DNA of 64,000 nucleotides from an uncultured virus (IMG/VR IMGVR_UViG_3300031851_000015) (lineage: Duplodnaviria; Heunggongvirae; Uroviricota; Caudoviricetes). The stretch lies in IMG/VR virus record IMGVR_UViG_3300031851_000015; one strand, written 5' to 3'. Both the position numbers and the translations under genes were made by a program. This document shows, in pieces, positions 17,901-25,800 of the stretch. The notes below the pieces were generated by a model. The model worked only from the letters and a program-made list of their open reading frames with translations. It did no database searches and was not told the origin of the DNA. Numbering within the stretch: the first letter of the stretch is position 1; the number at the start of each line of letters is the position of its first letter.

Positions 17901-19292
17901 GTCATCTAATCCTGCAGCAATGCTTTCAATAAAATCTTTTTCATCTTGTTTAAGAAGTTTAGAATTACGCATAAAGTCAATACGTTCTTGATACAAGTTA
18001 AAATCAGGATCATAAATGTTATTGTTTTTAATTTCACCTGTTAACGGATCAGCACTAAAATTACGTTCATCAAACTCATTACCTACTCTACGTCTCGAAG
18101 CAGTTTTACCTGCAAGACTAGTACCTTTATAGTCTGTTAAAGACATAGTTTTAGAGTAGTCATCAGCATCAAGCAAAAACATTTGTCTTACTAAAGCTTT
18201 TTGTTCTGGTGATCTTATCATAGAACTAGGGCGTTTAGCTTGAATATCTACTGCTTGTTCTCTGAGTTTTTGTTTAGGTGCGAATATAGCAGTAGCATTA
18301 GTAGCTTTATTTCTTAAAGCCTGAATAGATAATGCTTTACCTTTAGGTGTAACATACTGTTCAGCTTTAAGCTTTCCTTGTCTAAATAGATTAGCTTGGT
18401 CCATCCCTCCAAGAAGTTTGGCTTGAATATCATAAGCTTGACGCTTTAGCCATGCTCCATAAGACTCTACTTTAGGCGCAACACCGGAAAGTGATTCTTC
18501 TTTCTTTTTAGCAAGATTTGTCTTATTAAGTCTATTAGTAGTTTCTTTTTGAAGCTCTTCTTTAGACTTTAATACAGGCACCAAAGAACTACGACAATTC
18601 CAATGCAAAGGAGGAGTAAAGCGTCTATCGCTAACATCGTAAATTTTTCCATTATGATAAGAACAAATAGGGCTAGTACGACTATCAAGCACAGCAGTAA
18701 ACACATAGCCTTTAACTACATGAGAATTTGCCTCTACAACTTTATTTAAAGCTGTCGTTTGAGTACTAGTTATAGAAGTTCTAGTTAAGGTTTTAGCTTG
18801 ATGTTCAGTAAGCTTAGTAGTTTTAAGCACGTTGTTAATAATATCTTTAGGTGCTTCGCCTTTAGCAAGCCCTGCTTTTACTTTAGATTGTATTCTAACA
18901 AGCTCACCTGCTGAAATGTTTTTCATATTTTGAGTAACTGTTTTAACACCTTTAATATTTGATCCAGTTATTTCAGCAAGTAGTTCTTTACTACGTGGTT
19001 TTGAAACCTTATAGAATTTGTTTAGTTCTTTGTTTAAGTTGTCCGAATGAAAGTCCAGTTGAGATGTTGAAAATTCTTTTAGAGAGCTAGTTTGATGAGT
19101 TAACATTTCTCGACCAAAGCGATTTACTTCAGGAGTAACATCATTAGTTAGTCTCTCTGAAAGAATGTCTCTTAAACGCTTCCTATGCCTACGCATAATA
19201 CGTCTGTTTTGTAACTGTACGCCTTCTTCGTATAATCTTACGTCAGTCATATGATCAACAATACGATCATAAAGTTTTAAGTTGATATCCAT
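14937..19292 (-). CDS. MuF/SPP1-gp7 head morphogenesis protein fused to a T7-like single-subunit DNA-directed RNA polymerase
   Basis: N-terminal FTAVLDSRTSPIC...PPLHWNCRS (MuF); C-terminal DSRGRVY, NDASSSGAQ (motif A), KAQNMVSFYG (motif B), WVTFDG, NHSNDA and IHDAF (motif C). Confidence 0.92.
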   Translation of the reverse strand: MDINLKLYDRIVDHMTDVRLYEEGVQLQNRRIMRRHRKRLRDILSERLTNDVTPEVNRFGREMLTHQTSSLKEFSTSQLDFHSDNLNKELNKFYKVSKPRSKELLAEITGSNIKGVKTVTQNMKNISAGELVRIQSKVKAGLAKGEAPKDIINNVLKTTKLTEHQAKTLTRTSITSTQTTALNKVVEANSHVVKGYVFTAVLDSRTSPICSYHNGKIYDVSDRRFTPPLHWNCRSSLVPVLKSKEELQKETTNRLNKTNLAKKKEESLSGVAPKVESYGAWLKRQAYDIQAKLLGGMDQANLFRQGKLKAEQYVTPKGKALSIQALRNKATNATAIFAPKQKLREQAVDIQAKRPSSMIRSPEQKALVRQMFLLDADDYSKTMSLTDYKGTSLAGKTASRRRVGNEFDERNFSADPLTGEIKNNNIYDPDFNLYQERIDFMRNSKLLKQDEKDFIESIAAGLDDKVSVNQQTVVIENLRVVFERYAKDKKPWNDVSAVLRAENRFAVQNVSRLLDTRSRKRSEMFVSYLSQDKPQVQIMGKYYTFENLIDSQLKDQRFIDAWRRTEGKKLATKMFFKGRAPLRIYFKKFTDKYPNKKQLIKQLKKDSGFAKLLKLQKLVTEPSDSLITKLAARNRETIRRLLDAEFLIINKKPTSKLFDEKALDSLTNIAKLVASGQSTDYDTLAINIGKKFSKDFENIIPFTKHTLQDFHKEGSKILDFMVDQGLIKVQFRGKTRRGVLDLDTGRASGGWADSISREVIVVDKTLLKLQESERKVTIARRLGTIYDRDRLYVKANKKTYVDARGNETGIPLISRDKFPDYDPKQIDREMAQMLNHVMDVEYGVDNEFFGFMDDIARFRDPRGRSKYYDSINEFRHEILNRGEQGYGLMSTAKYHAQRGKNFRTQAFIDSRGRVYHRGYLTPTGGELVRPFLNSGKAVNMSTEALDELRIQMGALIGPGTEALTQAGRNAIFKRNEAKIIELGNIMMSKTQRDRRLREFLEHPLIRGLEGPEVPKMGRMAIEYARIDKHLKQGKPLTSYKTKLMIENDASSSGAQIIGLSTGDRAVSQASNVLATTQKNRLYDLVAMDTVNDPEFLKIPALRDANLTWEDLAKAAKAQNMVSFYGAGAATKTANVANKLSKVLDEKGFITVTKDNLGTNLRVVDGKIKVAERLGATGTVEELKSFRSELVELINKNEPVGRTLLKQAQDIHPDVGDFVNKLTNARRGIIGPKEFSEISRIMSKNLADRAPVTDNFINYWKQVAKAYVEETQKVDIPWVTFDGKIMTQRYRPKIQERIEFRDPVTNRKISNIYESSAEDGKLLGKGSLNDARIGLGVNGNHSNDAVIVRRFHLWARKNNVDSGTIHDAFFTNIGEARRAKDALRTIYADALEGDTIRKTLREMRRQGMSYRTYQRLLREAKDQGLIDPPNKITRKDILAPLKDGQDWYGIGP

Positions 19293-19319
19293 TTAGTACT
19301 CCTCTGAGTAGTAAAATGT

Positions 19320-19769
19320 TTAAAATTTTGATAGAAACCTTGCAATGTGATGTACAAAAGGTAACATTGTAAGTGCCATTAATAAATTTAAGCCTGTATG
19401 AGCTATTGCTATTCTTAGCGTATCACCCTTAGGCATTCCGTCAGATACTAGCAAACCTGCTAGCCAAATAGTTCCTGTAGTTCCAATGTTTGCCCCCAGT
19501 ACCGCTGCTACAGCAGCAGGTAAAGGAACAACCCCTGAAGCTACTAGCGCAATAATTGCAGTAGTAGAAAGAGAAGACGACTGCCAAAGCAGTGTCATTA
19601 TAATTGCTCCAAAGAACATATAAATCGGATTAGCAATAAACCAATTTAAATGGTCTACATTACCTATCGACTTCATTCCTCCGGAAAACATTTTAAGCCC
19701 TACATAAAATACTATAAGGCCAACTACGATTTGTAAGTAATTGTTTGTTAGTACCTGTAAATAATTCAT
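19320..19769 (-). CDS. Na+/phosphate cotransporter family protein (single repeat)
   Basis: QSSS and GANIGTT signature motifs; hydrophobic. Confidence 0.85.
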   Translation of the reverse strand: MNYLQVLTNNYLQIVVGLIVFYVGLKMFSGGMKSIGNVDHLNWFIANPIYMFFGAIIMTLLWQSSSLSTTAIIALVASGVVPLPAAVAAVLGANIGTTGTIWLAGLLVSDGMPKGDTLRIAIAHTGLNLLMALTMLPFVHHIARFLSKF

Positions 19770-19771
19770 AA

Positions 19772-21343
19772 CTATTCTTCAATATCTATCTGTGGATCAG
19801 CGCTAGTTTGAACTGCTAACGGATCAGTTTGTATTTCTTCAATTGCTTCTTCATCGCTGTAATCAGCTGGTAAGAAGTCATTGTACTTAGCAATGTTAAT
19901 CCAAGTTGAACGGCTAATAATCCCTGATTGATACCACTCAGAAACAAGGCGCATAGCACCTTCACCACCTACAATAGGAGAAAAGTCACTAGACATTTGG
20001 AATTCTAAGTCATCACCTGTATACATAGTGTTGTAATACCAGTTAAGCATAAATGCCATTACTTCGCGAATAGTACCTGAGACTTTAGCGTTAAGTGTAC
20101 CTAGCTGTGCTGTCTGAGAAGCATTACGGATTTCTAGTGCTACACCTGAAGCTGCTTGCTCTGGTGAAAGCATTCGAATACCCATCTTAGCCATTTCTTC
20201 TACTGTACCTTGAATAGCCTTTTCCATGTCGCCTAAAGCTGACGTAGGTGTTTCAAGTACAGTAATAGATTCGTCTTTGCGTACTCTAAGCCAAGTACCT
20301 AACCCTGCGTTTACGATGTCGTCAAATTCCTCGTCTGTCATATCTGATTGTACAACAGGGGTATAAGTAGCAGCACCGTAAAGCAAATGGTTTCTTCTCG
20401 ATACTTTATTATAGAGAGAAACTTCACGATCAACTAGCGGCATAAGAACAGGTTCAACCGGTTCATATTGACCGTTAAGAGGCCAAGCGGGAATACGCAT
20501 TAAGCGTTCACCAAACATAGTTGGATAAACTGTATTAACTTTTGTAAAACCTATTTCGCTAACTGATTCTTTGTATTCTTGAGATATATCACCATTAAGA
20601 ACTTTAATTTCATTGTTAGTATCTGGGTGTTCATAGTAGTCTAATACAAGACGACCTGATTCATCAATGTAGTGATCACAGACTGTGTCTACATAATCAG
20701 GATGCCAAGGATTTTCTGGTTTATACTTTTCTACTAAGTAACGAGTAACCCAACGAGTTAAAGTCTTTTGTCGTGTAATAGGGTGAGTAGATAGCTGAAT
20801 GTTAATAACGTTTTCAGCTTCAATTACTACTGGATACGGCTTAATCATAGCCCGTTCTTCAGGAGTTAAATTATCATACTCTTGTTCGCTAACTTGTGGC
20901 CTATCTACATAAACCCAAGCTCTTGATGTTTGAAGTTCTTCCCAGAGAGCATTATCAAGAAAGTTAAATAACGATCTACCGTCTAGTGTAAAATCATTTT
21001 TAAGCCAGTCTTTAGCATCATCTGGTAGTTCTTCTGGAAGTTTTAAATGAGAGTCTTTACGTAATAAAGCACTAATAAGTACCTTACAGTATTGAGCTGT
21101 CAAACCTGGAAGTTCTGACTCTGAACGATAAAAGTCATACTGTCGTTGGCTCATGCTAGGTGAAAAAGGAATAAGTAAGTTTTTATATTCCGGTTCTAAA
21201 TATTCATCGTGTGCTTTAACGTTATCTTGTCCTTGCAGAACCGCCCTTGACCGTTTCCAAAGTGGTTTCATAGAATGATAACTTGCACTTGGATCGGCAA
21301 CAGACTTTTTAACACTTTTAGTTGGTTTAGTTAACTGTGCCAT
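19772..21343 (-). CDS. Portal protein
   Basis: 523 aa; heads the capsid module; resembles DUF4055/SPP1-type portals. Confidence 0.8.
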   Translation of the reverse strand: MAQLTKPTKSVKKSVADPSASYHSMKPLWKRSRAVLQGQDNVKAHDEYLEPEYKNLLIPFSPSMSQRQYDFYRSESELPGLTAQYCKVLISALLRKDSHLKLPEELPDDAKDWLKNDFTLDGRSLFNFLDNALWEELQTSRAWVYVDRPQVSEQEYDNLTPEERAMIKPYPVVIEAENVINIQLSTHPITRQKTLTRWVTRYLVEKYKPENPWHPDYVDTVCDHYIDESGRLVLDYYEHPDTNNEIKVLNGDISQEYKESVSEIGFTKVNTVYPTMFGERLMRIPAWPLNGQYEPVEPVLMPLVDREVSLYNKVSRRNHLLYGAATYTPVVQSDMTDEEFDDIVNAGLGTWLRVRKDESITVLETPTSALGDMEKAIQGTVEEMAKMGIRMLSPEQAASGVALEIRNASQTAQLGTLNAKVSGTIREVMAFMLNWYYNTMYTGDDLEFQMSSDFSPIVGGEGAMRLVSEWYQSGIISRSTWINIAKYNDFLPADYSDEEAIEEIQTDPLAVQTSADPQIDIEE

Positions 21344-21356
21344 TATTTATTTTCCT

Positions 21357-21644
21357 TTACCACTTTACTTTATTCGCCCAATATGCAGCAGACATTTTGC
21401 CTTTGGCTATATTAGTAGCATGACGAGCTTTCCAAGCTAATCTACGAGATTTATATTTATCAGATTCATTTGCTTTCTTTGGAGAACCTACTGCTCCTTG
21501 AGATCCAAATCTAATAGTTTTAATTGTATCACCAGACTTAGCCACAACAATATGAGACTTAGTTGGATGGTTAGGAGTACGTTTAGGCTTATTAAAGCCA
21601 GAAACTCCAGCACGAGTAAGTCGTGAGTCTTTCTTTTGAGCCAT
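21357..21644 (-). CDS. Conserved basic phage protein
   Basis: KSHIVVAK-GD-IKTIRFG...SAAYWANKVKW, a pattern I recognise from marine phages. Confidence 0.7.
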   Translation of the reverse strand: MAQKKDSRLTRAGVSGFNKPKRTPNHPTKSHIVVAKSGDTIKTIRFGSQGAVGSPKKANESDKYKSRRLAWKARHATNIAKGKMSAAYWANKVKW

Positions 21645-21732
21645 AACGATTTCTTTCTATTAATAAAAATAATATACATTAAAATAAACTTTAAGGTATA
21701 CTTTAAAGTATATTATAAATAAACCTAGGCGG

Positions 21733-21754
21733 TTATTCTTAAACGTCAGGTATT
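21733..21754 (-). promoter_or_regulatory. Class A T7-like phage promoter (AATACCTGACGTTTAAGAATAA)
   Basis: Identical 22-mer at 21825-21846 and 49598-49619; upstream of the head operon. Confidence 0.85.
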
Positions 21755-21759
21755 GTGAA

Positions 21760-21777
21760 GAAGCCCCGAAGGGCTTC
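21760..21777 (-). terminator. UUCG hairpin between the tandem promoters
   Basis: GAAGCCC-TTCG-GGGCTTC followed by TTC. Confidence 0.65.
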
Positions 21778-21824
21778 CTCTGAATAGAGACTGTCAGATG
21801 TTTAATCTGTCTCTTTGTTATCTT

Positions 21825-21846
21825 TTATTCTTAAACGTCAGGTATT
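21825..21846 (-). promoter_or_regulatory. Class A T7-like phage promoter
   Basis: Same 22-mer, abutting the stop codon of the 21846..22199 gene. Confidence 0.85.
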
Positions 21847-22199
21847 TACTTTTTGCCAAAAAACTTACTAACACCTCGCATACCAATACTAGCACTAACA
21901 ATACCTCCAAGAGAATATTGATACCACGCTGGCATAGCTTCAAGGGCTGCAAAGCCTTGAGAAACAATAACATTACCCCAATCACCACAGAAGGCTAAAA
22001 TCAGAGGTATTGAAAATAATAAAGTAATCCACTCGTCTTTCCACGAGTTTTGAGTAGCTTTAATTGCTTCAATATCCCAATCAATTTCACCTGTAGCTTG
22101 CTTAACTTTAATTTCGGCGTTAGCCTTTTGTACAGCAACTTTACCATCTAGGTAAGTAGTAGCTAAACCACCAACAGCACCTAAAATTTGTCCTATCAT
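21846..22199 (-). CDS. Holin-like membrane protein
   Basis: SWKDEW motif plus TM segments; adjacent to the endolysin. Confidence 0.6.
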   Translation of the reverse strand: MIGQILGAVGGLATTYLDGKVAVQKANAEIKVKQATGEIDWDIEAIKATQNSWKDEWITLLFSIPLILAFCGDWGNVIVSQGFAALEAMPAWYQYSLGGIVSASIGMRGVSKFFGKK

Positions 22200-22651
22200 G
22201 AGGCTAACTCAAAGTGAGGACCATCAATAAATGGGCGTCTATTTTGTGATCTTCGAGTATCAATGTAAGACATCATAGCAGCTTCTGCTGTACCTTCCCA
22301 AGAGCGAATGTCAGGGATATGCCAAGCAGCACCCCAACGTATTGGAACACCTTCTGCTATAGCTGCTTCTTTCATAGCGTCTGCAAGATCATCATAAACA
22401 TTTAACTCCCAACAACCTTTACCGTCTACGTAAGCCATAAGATCTACAGCATTACCATCAAGGTGTTTTGATTTTAATGTTTGAGACTTACCTGCAGCAA
22501 CAAGTTTCTTTTGTTCTTCAAGTGTTCTAAGTCCGTACACAACACCAAAATCTACTTTAGTAAGCTGGATAGCTTTGTGTACAACATTAACCAAGTTATG
22601 ATTGACGCCTTCTAACTTGTCTAAACTTCTTTTACTTAATTTAAAACTCAT
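22196..22651 (-). CDS. Endolysin, peptidase M15 (L-Ala-D-Glu) family
   Basis: F-LS-RS---L-GV, GLRT-EEQ, SKHLDGNAVD, IRWG--W and DGPHFEL motifs. Confidence 0.9.
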   Translation of the reverse strand: MSFKLSKRSLDKLEGVNHNLVNVVHKAIQLTKVDFGVVYGLRTLEEQKKLVAAGKSQTLKSKHLDGNAVDLMAYVDGKGCWELNVYDDLADAMKEAAIAEGVPIRWGAAWHIPDIRSWEGTAEAAMMSYIDTRRSQNRRPFIDGPHFELAS

Positions 22652-22652
22652 A

Positions 22653-22865
22653 TTAATGTCCTTTATGTTTTTCATTACCAAGCCATACAGCAAAGCAGCC
22701 TGTTAGTGCGCCCATGCACACTGAAACTAAGCCACTCTGCTGTACTGTAGGATCTGGTAATGACATGTACCAATGCACAGATTGATATGTTAAAACTGTA
22801 ACAGCTAACATCATTAACCGAGGCATAATTTGCCACTGTAAAATTCGTTCCATTGCTATTGCCAT
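22653..22865 (-). CDS. Small 2-TM membrane protein (lysis module)
   Basis: Two hydrophobic helices; next to the endolysin. Confidence 0.6.
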   Translation of the reverse strand: MAIAMERILQWQIMPRLMMLAVTVLTYQSVHWYMSLPDPTVQQSGLVSVCMGALTGCFAVWLGNEKHKGH

Positions 22866-22889
22866 TTATTTTTCCTTAATTTTGTTATT

Positions 22890-25800
22890 TTAAACTACAA
22901 CAGTAAGCATTACTTTACGGGGGTTAGCATAATTATTACCAGTAGGATCACTAATATTAAAAGAAAAGGCCGTTGAACTCATAGAGTATACGTCTATACA
23001 CGTTCCAACCGAAGGACTGTAGCCAGTTGCTACGCTACCAGCATAAGTAATTGCATAATTAGCGTTAGGCATGGGTGTAACAAATGTAGCAGTATATCGG
23101 CCACTTGCAATCTTATAAACACTAGCAATATTACTTGAGCCATTAATTGTAGCATTTGTTGCGTCAGATCCATTTCCAACAAAATTAACCCAAGCTCTAG
23201 TTCCAAAGGGGTTTAAAAGAACTTCATTTGCACCTACTGTTGTAACGGAATATTTTAATAGACCATCCCCGCCCGTGCCGCCGCCGCTGCCGCCAACGCC
23301 GCCGCTACCTATACGATAATACAGTCGAATTTCCCCACTAGAAAACTTAGGATTACCAGTATTATCTGCTAATGTTGTATCATTACCACCAACTGAAAGT
23401 ACTTCGCTGTCGGCTGTAACTTGAGCACCTGCTCGACCTCCAGCACCACCTTTTCTTGAACTAGCATCCCAATCTGGTGATCGACCTCCTCTACCGCCGC
23501 CGCCAGAGCCTTGAGAGCCATTACCACCGGCAGAAGTAGAACCACCTCCATAGCCACCTGCAGCATAAATTGAGGCTTGTCCGGGGTCTCCTCTAAAAGT
23601 ATCTACCCCTGGACCAGTTGCACCTGCGCCCCCCAAACAAGTAGTTGAGCTTATTATGCTTGTGTAATCGCTAAAAGAACCTCCAGTAGTTGTTCTTGCT
23701 ACTAAGATAAAGTTACTTTGAGTACCTGCTGATCCTGGATTATGGCTTGAATTTGCCTCTCCAGCACCTCCACCGCCGCCGCCAATAGCTTCAACAGATA
23801 CTTCTATTGCATTAGGATCAATTTTTACATAGTTCCAAGTATCTCCTGAAATAGTTTCAGTTCCTCCAGAAGAATTAAAATTAGTACCACTTGTTGCATG
23901 AGAAGCAGTGCTACTTAAAACATTTCCAGTATATCCAGTTTTTTCACCTTGTTTAATAGTAGGGTTTTCTAATATAGTCTCTTTTGCAGTAAATTTAACA
24001 CCGTGTTTAAACGTTGTTGAATTGATTTCTTTATCGCCTTTTGTAGCAAGAGCAAATTCTAAATCAACTGCACTACTACCAGTTCCACTTGGAAGAGGGT
24101 TTCCTAAAAATATTCCATTAGTGTCATCATCGGGAGAAGTTTTGTTAACTTTATAACCACCTCCTTGACCAAATTCAACCATATCATTAATATTTAATTG
24201 TGTTACATCAATTTTTAAAGCGCTTAAGTGTTGAATAATTGCTTCTCTAGATATTAAAAGTTCTGACACAATAGGTTGTTCAAAAACAATTGCGTCATCT
24301 GTCCAAACATTTGAATTATAAACAGACCAATTTGAATTTGAACTTGGATTACTTGTTCCAGACGATATATCATCAGTAGCAATATAAGTGTTGCTGTTAT
24401 AGCTTATTAAATCTCCTTTAGCATAAACAGTATTAAAAACCCAATCTGAAGATGCTAATCTAGTTTGCCATTTTCTAGTAGTATGATGTATAGTGTCAAT
24501 TGTAACCTTGTCATTTGCAGTTATTATATTGTTTAATATAAACTGATCGGAGAGTCTTATAGTAGAAGTTGGGCTATTAACCGCTATAAAGTCATTAAGT
24601 CCAAGTTCTTGAACAGAGTTGTCTGATGATTTTTCATAAAATACTCTAGTATCATTAGCAGGGCGATAACCGTTTTGTATAGTAAAACTAGGATCTGCTA
24701 AAAATGCACTTACATTAGATATAGTAAATTCATTATTACTAGTGTTTGCATTTGTATTATTATTTTTTAAAACAAACCTATTAAATACATTTGAATCTTT
24801 AGGAATAATCAACATTGCTTGTGATAGATCAGCATTAGAAGCTGCATCGTATTCAGCAGATGTGGGAGTTGCAATTGAAGGTAAAGGTAAATAATTAGCT
24901 TTAAGAAAGGCTCTATTTAATTTTGCTTGAACAGCATCAGTATTAGTAGTAAAATCTGTAGTAATATCAGAAGGATCTAAAAAGATATCTGAACCATTTA
25001 TACTAACAATAGTACCGTCAGATCCTGAATTGCCTTTTAACTCATGGTGTAAAACAATATCTATAGGATTAGGGTCCGCTGAACCAGGAAAATCAACTGT
25101 TGTAGCTCCTGGACCACTTTCATTTGAATTATAGCTGAATTCTATTAATGCCACATATCTAGAAATATCTGCATCAGTAGAATAACTTACATAATCAACA
25201 TTAACAACATCAAATACAACTTTAATACCTTCTCGGATAATAGCAATTTGATCATCTTGTTTTAAGGTGGTTATACTGTGATATTTATCATGAGAAGTTT
25301 GTTCTTCTTCTGAGGGAGTTATTAAAAATAAATGACTAGCTTCATGAATAGGATCTCCTATTGCATCTGTAGCATTATTAAAAGTTAGACTCCCTAAAGT
25401 ATAAAGAAAATTGTTACTAGGCTGATTTAATGTAACAGATCCTCCCGTTCCTGTGTTAAACGCAGCGTATTGCCCTCCAGTTGAATAACCAGTTTGACCA
25501 TTAAACCCCCAATTGCTAAAATTAAGTGGGTTATTATTAGGGTAACTAGAAGCCTTTAAATAATAATCATCGTATCTAATAGATGAATGTCTAGGAGAAA
25601 ACTCTATAGATCTAATAAACTTTTGAGTTTTTGAAAAATTAAACCAGACACCCTCATTAGTATATCCATTAAAACTGTATTGTATTAAAGTTTCAGGTGC
25701 TCTAGCTTCAAGATGTGAAACATCAGGCATTGTTGCAATATTTCCAGAAATAGTAATATCACTAGTTTGAGGGTGTGTTGCAGGAGTGTTAGATTCAAAA

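Noticed and set aside
21488..21998. ORFs 21488..21679 (-) and 21798..21998 (+)
   Set aside because: They overlap real genes and the promoter elements; no recognisable coding features
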